A DNA stretch of 64,000 nt from Phoronis australis (taxonomy: Eukaryota > Animalia > Phoronida), in the NCBI GenBank assembly GCA_002633005.1, contig NMRA01000222.1, positions 401,635-465,634 of the forward strand. The letters run 5' to 3'. Shown one piece after another: positions 40,501 to 52,827 of this stretch (positions within the stretch are counted from its first letter, which is position 1; every line of letters begins with the position of its first letter). The notes below the pieces were generated by a model. That model did no database searches. It was given only the letters and a program-made list of their open reading frames with translations, and had not been told where the DNA came from. A program made the position numbers and the translations under genes.

Positions 40501-43500
40501 ACATCAAAAGTGGTATCATTTTTATAAAGTCTACCCATAGTTCCAGGTAAGGAGACCACTTCTGTCTAAGGTATTCACGTATTATTGTCGAGTTCTGAGA
40601 GATTTACGTGTTCTATTTCAGGCACGTCTTCGTGAGATGGAAGACATGCTGGATTCAGAGAGAGAGGGCCGTGTGAGGGTAAGTTCATACTACGAACCAG
40701 TGCTGCTTCCTATGTCCAGAAATGTCGGTGCCGGCTCGTTAACTATTAAAATCAACCAAATTGTAGGTAATGATTGGAACTGTTTAATCAACAACCTCTG
40801 AATAACGCGCTTCTGTTGTGCACGCAAATAAACAAGAGACTTGTTTTGTGATCATCTTCAGATGGAAGAATTTTAGCCCTAATCCGGCTACTTGTAGATC
40901 ATATCCGAACGAATACTCTGCGCTGGACCCAACTTTATACGAATCACTGATGTGAGCACATCCTCCCAGTGATGTCATTGGCATTCCCCATCGTGTGACG
41001 CTACTTTCCATAACCATGTGCCATGATAAAAGACGATTTCTATCATGTTTGGTTCAATGTATAGCTTCGTAGGTTCACCTGGGCTGTCTACGTACGGAAC
41101 ATCTCGGACATTTTCGTAGCGGCAAATTTCACTTAGGAGGCGAAGGTTTTCTCCACATGAGCGGACTTCAGTCGCATGGCCAATCATTCCCGTGTTTGAA
41201 AGCCACATGACTTGCCGATTGACTGAAGTCCACACATGGACCGATAACCGTCACCACAGCCGACGGGAAACTCGAGGCTACGAAAATACACGAGGTGCTT
41301 CAAATGAGACGCTTTAGTTTCAGTCTTACCAGAATAAGTCGAATATGTTATGTTTCCGATCTTTCAGGCAGAAAAACAAGTGGCTGAGTTATCCTTCCAG
41401 CTGGATGGGTTGAACGACAGGTTGGACGAGGCTGGCGGTCTGTCTGTGGTTCAGGTAATACACGCAATTGATCGTATTGACGGAGACATTGTCCAAAGAG
41501 AGAAAAGAACCGCAAATGGCCCGTGTGTTTAGCTTGACAAATTGTTAAGTATATGTAGGGCTTTACTTCCAACATTTTAAGGTTTTTGTAACATTGAATA
41601 CCTATTTGGAATAATCTTTTAACTATATTTCTAGTTAAATTTAAAATCGACATCTTGCATGGGTGGTGCATCACTAAAAATGGGGATATAGCCCCCCGCC
41701 CCCTTGTGGTGCACCATCCGTAGACCATGGGCGGCGCAGCCCCGAAAAAAGGCTGGCTATAGCCCTTCCAGCCCCCTACTGTGCACCGCCATGTCTTGTC
41801 TGTTTTCTGGTAAAAAAAAAACGATTTCCCTCACTCCCCTCAACTTACTACAATGTACTTATCAAAGTTCAAAGGTTACAGAGCTGTCAGTCGATCTCAC
41901 GACGGGCACAGAGCAGGGTTCCGTATGTAAGCACAATCCATTCAGAGAGTCGCCATAAAATTGAGTCAACGAAGTGTACATAGCATAGAAGGATGCCACA
42001 GAAAACGAAGATAAAACGTAATTTTGATTCTGAAGGAGTCCGACTCGCCGCGATGATTTTGAGTTTGTGTTCACGAACACAGCAAGTTGTGAAAAATATA
42101 AATCCTCGCCAAAATTCATTAATTTCATCAGTAATTTAATGTTTCGCTGTTCCGATCTCGTGTTCTGTACGGCGCGCTTTAGCCACCAGTTCGATTTCTT
42201 TTATCCATTTCGTATAGTTTGTCCCTTGATATCAGTCTCCCCGGCACTTGGTGCACAATGAACTGCTGGCCTACTCATTGACTCCGCCTTTTGACCTAGT
42301 TTGAGTCAAGGTACACGAAACCCCACGTGCAAGCTCGAACCGATTTAGTGACAATAAGTTAATTTCACACTGCAAATTAAGTTGACATTACGAGTGAATG
42401 TTGAAATAACGAACATTGTTAAGGCGTGTTGACCAAAAGGATGCGTCATGATGCAAAGTATTTTTAGCATCTTTCTTCTTTTAGAGAATATAATACTTTT
42501 ACTGGTTGAGAGAGCCTAGTTTTTCTGGTAATTAACTTTGAATTATCGTTCCTCAATAAGGTCCTACACAACCTTAAATTGTACGAATGTGATGCAGTTC
42601 AGAGCTTTCAAAGGCGAATTCCCATTTTTTGCGTGTTTAAACCGATTTTCTTGAAACTAGATTTTCACAAATTATACTGTCGTACTCGTCTTTCAAAAAT
42701 TACTGGTGTTCGTTGTTTTTTCGACATTTCACAATACCGGAAATTACGTTCTCACGTCCTTCCATCGCCTTCTTGATACGTTTCTTTTTGATGGTAACTG
42801 GTTGCACGATGAACGCAAAGTTGTCATTGTTTCGTATTTATTATGCAATGGCAGTATTAAAACTGAATTCCACAATGTTGTGATTTGAGAACAAAAAGGA
42901 GCGTTACGCAGAGGAAGTAAGCACGACATTTGGCCATCAAACAACTCAGTAACAGAAGAAAGGTTTCTCTGGGCTCTAAGCCCCAAGTATGGGGGTTCTG
43001 CTGAGTTGAGCTGCCCTTCGGTCGACACAGCGTTCGAGTTAACCTCCTCCAAGAAGAGCCTGGTTCGTGCGGGGAACTCAAAATAGCCGAGTTGGCTGAA
43101 TGGATGAATCTGACATTGGAGCGACCGTTTGTATTTTACCTCGACGTTATGGCTTAATTGTACATTTTCACGCATGTGCAGATCAGTACCAAATGTTATC
43201 TACACTCACGTAATTCGTATTGTCGGTTGTAGTAATCAAACCAATAAATTTGATACGTTTCAGATCGAAATGAGCAAGAAGCGCGATGCTGAGTTGTCAA
43301 AGATTCGCAAGGATTTCGAGCTGGCACAAATGCAGTTTGACACTGAAAGTCAAACCATGAGAAAGAGGCACAACGAGACTATAAATGATCTGTCGGAACA
43401 AGTGGATTTCCTCACCAGAAATAAGAACAAGTAAGTTGTCAAAGGAACGCTGGACAGTCAGATCTTTTAGAAATGTTAAAGTAAGCTATCTATTCGTCCT

Positions 43501-46500
43501 ATGTTTCACGAGTATATTTTAATGACGTAGAGTACGTTATTAAACTTTTCGTCCATATTTAGATAAAGAAACAGTATTTTGCTCGTCAAGCCAAAGTGTA
43601 TGACGTCATTGTGGAGAACCAAACAAGGCGCGTTTTAGTAACCAGCCAATTAAGATTTGCAGGATAGCGTACTTGAACAGTCTCCCTGCGTCCAAGTAAA
43701 CCAATCTTGAATATTTCAATTGACGCCTAAAACTGAGTTTTTCTTACAAGTGAACCAGCATTCTTTCGCTCACCCGTGAGCATTACAAAATAAGTATATG
43801 CGTAATTTGCAAGGAAATCGCAGAAAACCCCGAAACGACGAATTTAATTCATTCTTGACCTTTCTTTTTCGTTAGGGTGGAGAAAGAAAAGGCTACGCTT
43901 ATCTTAGAAATTGACGGATTGACTAGCCAGCTCGAATCCTCCAACAAAGCTCGCGTAAGTACCTGTGTGATCCCGTAAGAGTACTCACGTGCACCGTCTA
44001 TGAAAATACCAGATTGTATAATTTCAGCTCAGAATGACAAGAAGCATGTACTTAGTTGTCTTACCTCTGTTCGAGTCATGAAAGCCCTGTTTTGATGACG
44101 TCATTGGCATTTACAGGTTTCCGCTGAGAGCAAGCTCGACGGACTTGATGCTCAAGTGCAGCGCTTCCGCGTCCAAGTGGATGACCTCACCCGCCAGTTG
44201 ACCGACTCCAACAACGCCAAGCAACGCCTCACTCAAGAAAATTTCGATTTGCAGCACCAAGTCCAAGAATTAGATAGTGCTAACGGACAGCTGAATAAGT
44301 TGAAATCATCGCTGCAGAATCAACTGGATGAGGCCAAGCGTACCTTGGACGAAGAATCAAGGGTATAAATCAATACAATAATAAATTCCGCCAATATCTC
44401 ATAATTTATATCAAATCGACAGAACTATTCACTAACGGCTAGCAACTCTTTTTGTCAAATGATCATGCGCGTCACGGCAAAAGATTAATGAACGCCCGTG
44501 ACCATTTTTAAAAGTCGTATTGCTAGACAATATGCATTTTACATCAGACTTGTTCGTGTGAAAACACACAAGTCTGACGATCGCGCGAAGTGGAACTGTA
44601 ACTCTCGTTGTCATGGTTACAGCAACGCCAGGTGCTGTCAGTGCAGGTGACCACGCTGCAGACCGACCTTGACGGCGCCCTTGGCCGACTGGAGGATGAG
44701 TCAGAGGCGAACTCCTCCCTGAGGGCTCAACTCCAGAAAATACAGACCGATTACCAGCAACTCAAGGCAAAGTACGATAGGGACCTTATGGCTAAATCTG
44801 ATGAACTCGAAGAAATGAAGTAAGTATCTTGTATTTCTACGTCCAAGTGGCTCATTCTAATTTAAACGTAAACGTAAAATTTTACACAAATGACCGCAAG
44901 CAAACAGAGTTCCCTAGGGGTTCTTCCTGGAAAGTAGTTGGGAGCTTCCGAAAACTCAGTCGAATTGCCGCCTACATCGTCCCCATTCAGCCTTAAGGTG
45001 GCGCTCAACATTTGTCGATATGTTGTCGCTCTCGAAGATGAGCACAGGTGACGATATATAGCGAATCGTACAGGTGAATTAAGCAGGAGGGGGGGGGGGG
45101 GGGGGGNCGCAAAACTGGAACGAGTTTCGACGGTAAAGACTTTTTTGCAATGAACAGGGAGGGCATGGCTCTGTTGTGTCCCCACGTGGCTACGCTAGCG
45201 GAGATTGGTAGAATCCTAGATTAAGAAGTGGGAAAGTGTTTGACATTCCAGTTTAAGTCAACAGTCTTTTTCAGTACTTCTCGTGCTTGCACATTTTGCT
45301 GTTTCAGTTTGAAAGAATATTCATGATACAGGTGCTGGGAATAAACTAGAAAAATTATTTTTGCGAAAACGTCTTAGGCCTGCCTTGTGATAATTGCGTT
45401 GCATGATTGCCCAACTAGAATGAATTTTCGTATTCATTTGCACTCAACAACCTTGGTTTCATTCACAATATGTAACATTTGTTGTGTGATTTGCCAATTT
45501 ACTCTGTAAGGCGCAAGATGAGTGCCCGCATCCAGGAGCTTACTGACGAGTTGACGGTGGTGACAACCAAAGCTGCCAACGCCGAGAAAGCTAAGAACAA
45601 ACTGACGGTCGAACTGAGAGAGACCACAATCTTGTTAGAGGACGTAAGTACCAAAACGGTGCTTTATCAGGTTGGTTGCCTGGAAGCCGAAGGTGGAAAT
45701 CATGGACTACAAGCAGACTGCGCGGGCTTTTGTGGTTTCAGGCGCTCAACAAATTTGCGAGAGATTCTTGTTAAAAACGAACAAAAGACCTTATGACTCC
45801 TCCACTGCTGCTATAGTGCAATATTAGATGTTACAACGTTTTTCAAAACCAAAACTCCTCACCATCGAAAAACGCTCGTGTTCCAGCATAATAGCCAGGC
45901 TAGTTTTGAGCCCAGGAAGTACGCGCAATCTGATTTCAAACTACGGGCACATCCAAAGATGGATTCCATGAGCCAGCCGAATAATTTTTCATCAGGTGGA
46001 ATTAGATGCAAGGGCAAGCACATCGCAGTCCACATGCGATGGCTGCGATGTGAACCTTTGTAACCAGTTCCTCTGTCCGACATCTGACTGATTATTGTTG
46101 AAGTTACCACGTTTTTGTTCCTCTGTCTTTAGACGCAAGAACATTACAATAATTTCGGAACTGAACGTACAGATTGAGAAGATAACAGTAAGGGTGACCA
46201 AGTCCGAACGACTTGTGACGCAACTAAAAATACAAATAACTGAACTCACGGATGCACGGGAAGGTGTAAGTTACGGAATGCTTCCAGCGTTTGTGAAGAT
46301 CCACCCAGGAATGCTGTGTATCAATTCACCCTTCTTGTGAAGTTTCCGGAATTCTAAACATCCAAACCTCTGTGCAAAGGCATATACGCATCACCCGAAT
46401 TATGAGTGAAACGATTCTTCTTCTCTTGTTTGAATCCCAATGACATCCTTTTAGACAAGTTTATCCCCATCCACAATATTCGTATTAGATGTCGCTCTAT

Positions 46501-49500
46501 TTTCTCCATCCCGTCGACTTTTTCCTGAACTTTCATATTTGTTTGAACCATACTGGTAGATCGGGTTTGTGATGTCTCGTTATTTACGATAAACCCCAAG
46601 CGAAAAGTACATTACTGAGTGTGGGCATGCGTAAATAAAACCATTGTGTTTCTGTTTCACTCGCCACTTGTAATATGTGAAGTTTAGAACTTTTCGAGTA
46701 AGATGTTGTATCAACATAATTTATAATATCTCGATGAAACTCCTTGTTCTTGACGTTAAGATTTCAAATACTTTTATAACAATTGACAACAGCATTCACA
46801 TCACCCGGATGAAGCAACACTCTGGAACTTTCCATCTGTGCCCACACTCTACGATCTTACGTGCTTTCATCTAGGCCCAAGCTCAAGTCGCTGACCTCAG
46901 CCGCAGATTGAAGGATGCCGAAAAAGCGAACGCAGAACTGGCACGTCGCGCAGACGAATTACAGAGTGCTCTTCGTCAGGCTCAAGAAGATAATAAGAAC
47001 CTGAGTGCCGAGAACCAGAGGTTGAGACAACAGAATGGTGAGCTGACGGAGAAAGTGAGCGCCCTCGACAGGGAAAACAGAGGACTAGCAGGTTAGAGCG
47101 TACTCCGTAACCGATGAACGGTTGTAATTGTTCTACAATTGTGTTATTGAAGATGTTAACGTTGCCATCAACGCGTTTTTTTGTTACAGGGTCTTTACCT
47201 AATTTTCATTGGAAAATTTACAGTAAACACTGATTTCAACTGTTCTTCTTGAGGTTAGAAACGATTTCTTGACTTATTAAGAGCCGACAATTCATTGATA
47301 CTTGCGACCAGGCTTATCAAGTTGATTTGACTCGACAGTCACTTCCCCCAAGCCCAGAAACCATTTCTAATCTCACTAAGAAAGAAGTGGATACTAGTTA
47401 TAACGATCAGCGGTCTAACCTTGAAGCTACCTTTTTACGAAAGGCGTTTTTTTAAAGCAGGTTTATGTTTTACACCGTTTTGCGCAGGTAAAACGATAAT
47501 CATTGCACCAAATGGATTTGTTTGGCTCACATGTTCACCCAAATCGCTTTCCATGAACAGAGCAGCTGCGCGAAGCAAAGCAAGCTCTTAAGGATGCTAA
47601 CCGCCAGGTGACCGAGTTGACTACCATCAAGGTACAGCTTGAGCAAGAACGGGACAGCTACGCTAATGCCCTCAGGGACGCCGAAGATAAATTGAAGGAT
47701 CTTGAAGCCAAATTGAACGCGGCCAACGCTGCTCTAGGTTCGCTTCGGGCAGAGATGGAACACCGGCTGAGAGAGAAGGACGACGAACTCGAAGCACTAC
47801 GGTATGTTCGTAGTTGATTAAAAATAATTAAATTTCTTAATTTGACATTTACTCTCAGGGTCCCAAAATTAAAAGTACGATACATCAAAATTAATACATA
47901 TATCCAAAAAGGGCGACTCCGTAGCGTAAAGTTCTTCTTTGAAATTGATACGGTTATTATTTGTCTAACCAGCGGTGATTAATTCCAACAGCAAGAGCAG
48001 TCAGCGTGCTATTGAAGAACTGAACAGGACTATCGTTGAGATCGAGACTCGATACAAGACGGAGTTATCCAGACTCAAGAAAAAGCTTGAGGGAGAAATT
48101 CGTGAGCTCGAAGCAGCTTTGGACAGCGCCAGGAATGCCAACAGCGAACTACAACGGCAGAACAAAACTCTGACTATTCGCATTACTGAGCTCACGGCCG
48201 CCAACGAGGATATGGCAAAACAACTTGATGATGCTCGATCGCAGCTTGCCTTGCTTGAGAGGAGGCGTGTCGCACTGGCAGCTGAGCTCGAAGACGTGCG
48301 TTCACAGCTTGAAAACGTAAGTGTTAAAAAGGCCACTTTGAGGAAGTATCGAATTCCTTATTTTATCCACCACTTAAGGCCTAAATGGCGAGTTACACCA
48401 CGCACAAACTCTTAATTCACAATTCCTACCTGCTCTACATCACAATATACGTGTAGCATACTGCGAACGTTTTTCTTTAGTTCTGCATTCCTTGTAGGCG
48501 GAGCGTGCTCGCAAGAACGCCGAAGCTGAGCTCGGTGAAGCCTCTTCCCGCGTGAGTGAACTCACTATCCACATAACATCCCTAACTAACGAGAAGAGAA
48601 GACTGGAAGGCGACCTCACCGGACTTCAAGCGGAACTGGAGGAAGCTATTAATAACTACCGCGCAGCCCAGGACAGAGCTGATCGCCTGCAGGCCGAAGT
48701 GAACAGGCTGTCTGATGAACTGCGTCAAGAACAGGACAACTACAAGAATGCAGACAGCTTAAGGAAGGCCTTGGAAGTTGAGGTGATTCACAATGCTTTA
48801 CAATAATCTCAGATATACTCACTCTGGCCAAGTATAGGCGAATCTTAAAGAAAGTTCCTAAGATATTTGATAACTCCTCTAGCGAAGACAGTTCATATGT
48901 ACAGTATACACATCGAAATCAGTGGCAAGGACCGCATCGAAAGGTTCAGCAAAATGAATGGAAACCAATATCATTCCAATGACTACCGTAAGTCACCTTC
49001 TTCGGAAACATGTATTAAAATAACGGGTGACCTGTAGGTGTTCATGACGCCAAAATGACTTGTATCTTTCTGTTTCTCTTTACAGATCCGTGAGATTACC
49101 ATTAAACTTGAAGAGGCAGAAGCATGGGCTCAAAAGGAAGGCAAGAGACTGGTTGCCAAGTTGCAAGCCCGGGTAAGTGGTTACCATTTTGAAGTATTGA
49201 AGTAACACGCAAACATACTCTAAAGTAGAAACATGTTAATACATAGGGGGATTAAAAGGCTGTTCCTCCTCAAAGCGAAACCCCCAATAAGGCAGCGACG
49301 TGTCAGCTGACTAGTCGTTCTACCAACTCGTTCACGTGGCGCAGTCTTTACACAAACAAAGGCAATAGCTCAAAATAATCAAGTGTATATATGCCAAATG
49401 ACGAACTCATTTGAACCACTTTAGCTCTATAATCCGTCATTGGACGACTGGCCAACTCGGTTCTATAATTTTATATTTGCGCTAGAATTGAGTCAAAATT

Positions 49501-52034
49501 GAGCTTTTTGATGAGTTCCAACAGAAAGGCAAAATAAATCAAATTTCCATATAAAGAATGGTGCAAGCAGTGTCCGACTATCGAGGCCACTGACAGGCAA
49601 AGAAGTTCGGAAGCCCTATTGCCTATGTTCCCATGGTGTTTTACGAACAACTTATACAGTACATGTCTGCCTTTTAAAACTTTAATTTATAAACAAATTA
49701 CACCTTTAGTAAAGACAATATTTACTTTTGCGCAAGCATTCAACTGGTAGTTCAACCTGCCGGGTGTGATCTCCGACATACTAGAATCCACCGGAAGCAT
49801 TTTACCGATATTTCTCGTGTTTTCCGGCTTCGGAAATGGAATAAGCTCTACTCTATCGGATTGACACTATCTCTATTAACTCCTTTCACCTTTTGTAATG
49901 AAGTATAACGACGCTCACGCTGCTTTATACACAAACATGTCTAAGGGAATCGTCTCAGACACACGTGAGACATATATTTACGTCACGTGACCATGTTAAA
50001 CCGCTAGCTCCGATTGGCCTATAACACTAGATTGACGTCTGGCGACTGGTCAAATGTAGGGTTATCCAAAACATTTCGTCCAAGGTACTCCAGTGAACGG
50101 CCTCGATAATAATCATTTGCAAACGTAAAAGTCGTTTATAAAGCTTCTTGAGTGGCGAATGCATATCTTTCTCACTGTTTTTATTCCAGCTCCGTGATCT
50201 CGAGGCAGAGTTCGAAATGGAACAAAGGCGTCACAGGGAGGTGAACTCTCAGTTATCAAAAATCACTCGCCAATACAAAGAACTCCAGGTGCAAGCCGGC
50301 GACGACCATAGGTTAGCAGCAGAATTGCAGGACCTTGTTGATAAACTCAACATGAAGGTCAAGACATTGAAGAGGCAACTTGAGGATGCTGTACGTATCA
50401 CTGTCTTTCTCATCTCTTTAGAGCTTGTCGAATCCCGCTTCATGTCAGTACCAATATGTTAGAGTGCAATTTTTGATTACTTGGATAATCCTTTGGAAAG
50501 AAAACGCCCTTAGAAAGATATCTATATCGTTCGCGTATTTTTAACTGTCAAAATCTTGCAGTAGTGTTTGTGGAATCAATGATTGAAAATAAAAGACATT
50601 TATTTTTGCTTTTTCTACTTGCACTGTCGGTTGATAACAGTACAAAACAGAAAATCGACAAATTTTCTTCTTTGCTGTATCTGTTCTTATAAATTGGTGT
50701 TTTGTTCCATCATATTGCTATTATAATAACAACTTAGACAGACTGTGTTGTTAAGAGCCAGCACAGACGGAGAGCTACACGCCTCAAATGCAGATGCGCT
50801 CAACTGATAGCTCACGTCTGCCACAAAATGAACCGTGAGGATTTCGCCTCGTGAGGCGGTGATGTCTCACTTATTGGATTGCTCTCGGCGTCACGAGCGT
50901 AAATCCTCACAGCATGTGGGCGAGGTGAGCTAAGTGCTTTGCCAATTGCTTTGGGCAGCCAACGAAAATTACTGCATCATGTAACAAGAAATATCTTTCG
51001 CTCACCCACTGTAACCATTTCGCTGTTTAATACAAACGTAGTTTAACTGTCAATGGGAATTTTAACTCACGTGTTTTCTACAGGTAACAATGACGTGAGG
51101 AAAAGTTTACTTGACGCACACAGTTCAGCTTATAGCTTTCCGTCTGCCTGACCTTAAGAAAAATCCCACTAGTTGCCAATAATAGCATTTGTCACTTACC
51201 AACAGAAATATATTGCATATTACTTTCTGCGTATCCCCATGTTCTTTTTATATACGTGTCGCATGGCTGCTTACGTGAAGTCTACTATGTTATTTAAAGG
51301 CGCCAGTTGAACTGAGATATCTTTTGCAGCATGCCCTGAGCAGAAAAGGAGACGTCTGTTTGCTTAAAGAAGGCTTATCTATTAATGTTTTAGCGAAAGC
51401 TTATTCACTAAAGTCTTTGTTGCAGATATTAATCAACATTTCTCATCACACTCTCTCGCCGTAGATTAGCGCCTTTTGTAGCGAACACAGCATCCATTGT
51501 TGTCGGTCTGTGAGGTGCGGGACTCGGCCCAATTACCGAAGCACGGTAGAATACTCAGAACACTACTGCTTATTACATGGGTCAGCAGCAATGTTGTGCA
51601 ACAGCTTTGTTTTAATGATACATCAGAGTCAACTAAACGCCAAGGACAGTTAGTCCCTAATACAACCTATTGGTCACCTATGCAACACTGCGGCTTTTGC
51701 ACAACTGGGCAGAGTGTGGACATCGTTATAATTTGCTTACTTTGCATGTTCCCTGGCACTGCGGTTCTAGACAGCACCTCTCCCTGTACCGAAAATCGCT
51801 TCACAGACCGCCCGTAAGCCACTCTGTATAGTCCTTCCTATTTTCTCACTCTCTTTACCCCACCTCGGACAGGATGAAGTGACCAGCATCACCTTGAACA
51901 AATACCGTAAGCTCCAAGCTCTGTATGACGACGCCGAAAACCGAGCTGATGTTGCGGAAAAGGGTTTGCAGATGAACCGACGAGCGCGTTCGCAGTCCGT
52001 AACTAGGGAGACTGTGCGAATTATTAGAGCTTAA
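31419..52034 (+). CDS. Prm: Paramyosin (thick-filament coiled-coil core protein); 855 aa with exons 8a and 15a; alternative ends at 52282 and 52989
   Basis: Exons 31419-31502, 40622-40678, 41368-41454, 43264-43430, 43876-43954, 44117-44362, 44623-44819, 45511-45643, 46875-47091, 47561-47801, 47992-48316, 48498-48782, 49086-49172, 50190-50390 and 51873-52034 join in frame (2568 nt), all GT-AG. There is no motor domain. It has the short head IYRGVSP and motifs matching flatworm/mollusc paramyosin ([50 protein letters not shown]). Confidence 0.96.
32741..32962. mobile_element. MITE with AGGCGGATCCAG TIRs in paramyosin intron 1
   Basis: Perfect inverted ends AGGCGGATCCAGC ... GCTGGATCCGCCT. Confidence 0.65.
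40289..40374. mobile_element. Short CATGGGCGGC-TIR MITE (tandem dimer)
   Basis: CATGGGCGGCGC ... ACCATGGGCGGCGC ... GCCGCCCATG. Confidence 0.55.
40622..40678 (+). CDS. Prm: Paramyosin exon 2 ([19 protein letters not shown])
   Basis: tttcag|...|gtaagt, phase 0/0. Confidence 0.92.
41368..41454 (+). CDS. Prm: Paramyosin exon 3
   Basis: [29 protein letters not shown]; ctttcag|...|gtaata. Confidence 0.93.
41658..41793. mobile_element. Short CATGGG(C/T)GG-TIR MITE (tandem dimer)
   Basis: Same family as the copies at 29730 and 40289. Confidence 0.55.
43264..43430 (+). CDS. Prm: Paramyosin exon 4
   Basis: [17 protein letters not shown]...TRNKN; phase 0/2. Confidence 0.93.
43876..43954 (+). CDS. 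Prm: Paramyosin exon 5
   Basis: [26 protein letters not shown]; phase 2/0. Confidence 0.92.
44117..44362 (+). CDS. Prm: Paramyosin exon 6
   Basis: [13 protein letters not shown]...LDEESR; phase 0/0. Confidence 0.93.
44623..44819 (+). CDS. Prm: Paramyosin exon 7
   Basis: QRQVLSVQ...KSDELEEM; phase 0/2. Confidence 0.93.
45511..45643 (+). CDS. Prm: Paramyosin exon 8a (133 nt, mutually exclusive candidate)
   Basis: [44 protein letters not shown]; phase 2/0; donor GTAAGT. Confidence 0.9.
46133..46265 (+). CDS. Prm: Paramyosin exon 8b (133 nt, mutually exclusive alternative to 8a)
   Basis: Strong acceptor tttttgttcctctgtctttag, donor GTAAGT, same length and phase as 8a; [44 protein letters not shown] aligns to 8a without gaps. 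Confidence 0.8.
46875..47091 (+). CDS. Prm: Paramyosin exon 9
   Basis: [17 protein letters not shown]...DRENRGLA; phase 0/1. Confidence 0.93.
47561..47801 (+). CDS. Prm: Paramyosin exon 10
   Basis: [15 protein letters not shown]...[16 protein letters not shown]; phase 1/2. Confidence 0.93.
47992..48316 (+). CDS. Prm: Paramyosin exon 11
   Basis: [14 protein letters not shown]...RSQLEN; phase 2/0. Confidence 0.93.
48498..48782 (+). CDS. Prm: Paramyosin exon 12
   Basis: [23 protein letters not shown]...LRKALEVE; phase 0/0. Confidence 0.93.
49086..49172 (+). CDS. Prm: Paramyosin exon 13
   Basis: [29 protein letters not shown]. Confidence 0.93.
50190..50390 (+). CDS. Prm: Paramyosin exon 14
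   Basis: [14 protein letters not shown]...KRQLEDA; phase 0/0. Confidence 0.93.
51873..52034 (+). CDS. Prm: Paramyosin C-terminal exon 15a (53 aa + stop)
   Basis: [53 protein letters not shown]; donor GTATGT at 52039. Confidence 0.9.
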   Translation, partial: DEVTSITLNKYRKLQALYDDAENRADVAEKGLQMNRRARSQSVTRETVRIIRA

Positions 52035-52099
52035 GAAGGTATGTCTGCATGCTTGCCCAAGCTCGCTGGCTCATGCATGCATATCTTTGTTCCTGACAG

Positions 52100-52282
52100 G
52101 AGGCGAACATTGTTTCTGCCAATGCAAGATGTCGAAAAGTCCAATATGAGCTGGAAGAAGCAATGATGAGAGCGGATATGGCCGACAAAAAACTGGAAAC
52201 CGAGCGCGAGAGGAACCGTGCACGCTCAGTCCCGATAACCAGTAGCTTAAGCGAACAATTTGTTGAAATAGTTAGAATATAA
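52100..52282 (+). CDS. Prm: Paramyosin alternative C-terminal exon 15b (60 aa + stop)
   Basis: Acceptor ctttgttcctgacag; EANIVSANARCRKVQYELEEAMMRADMADKKLETERERNRARSVPITSSLSEQFVEIVRI*; donor GTACGT at 52290. Confidence 0.8.
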   Translation, partial: EANIVSANARCRKVQYELEEAMMRADMADKKLETERERNRARSVPITSSLSEQFVEIVRI

Positions 52283-52827
52283 AGAGCAGGTACGTGGCAT
52301 GATACCTTTGCACCGATGTGGCATGCTTAGAATAGGTCAGGATCGTCGAGTTGCAGGCAGTAAGGAGTGTGTATTGTGAAGCAACAATCAACCTACATGA
52401 AACAGGAAATGGCCGACAGTTGAGAGCGTTCCACGAAAAAAGTCAATCGAATATGGTCACCGAGAAATGGGGCCTATCTTGTTGTCATTACGAAATGAGT
52501 TAGAAGACGTAATGCAAAAAAGGAACCTCTCAGTGACTCAATTTCTTGCGGAGGTACAGTAAGTAGTCAATGGCGTGTTGCGTGGAGTTATGTTACAACG
52601 GCACGTGGCTGTAGAATTCTGTAAGCGATGCCCGCACTGGGCATGTCAAAACTGGCCTTTTACAGGACCAGCTTCAGTGATTCTTTACTTCTTTTCTGCA
52701 CAGCTTTTTGAGTGTAGTGTGGTCACGGTCTGCGTGCTGTCATCATAATTCCACTGCGTTCAGCACACGTAGCGACACTATGTTAATTTCAGTTTGCATG
52801 TTCTAATAGCATGTTTGTTAAATTCAG

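Noticed and set aside
42971-43110. HDV-like ribozyme (GGGCTCT pairs with AGAGCCT followed by GG; CCTCCTC nearby)
   Set aside because: P1 fits, but the required P3 helix (ACC/AGA) does not pair and no convincing P2 or J4/2 cytosine was found. An RNArobo/Infernal search would be decisive.
45089-45107. G18 run as a G-quadruplex or splicing element upstream of exon 8a
   Set aside because: It abuts an N, so the homopolymer length is unreliable, and it lies ~400 nt from the acceptor.
47658-50443. Minus-strand Ser-rich ORFs (47658-47888, 48001-48336, 50249-50443)
   Set aside because: These are antisense shadows of coiled-coil paramyosin exons.
52400-52562. A fourth tail exon (…LRNELEDVMQKRNLSVT…)
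   Set aside because: No phase-0 acceptor feeds this frame and the similarity is marginal.
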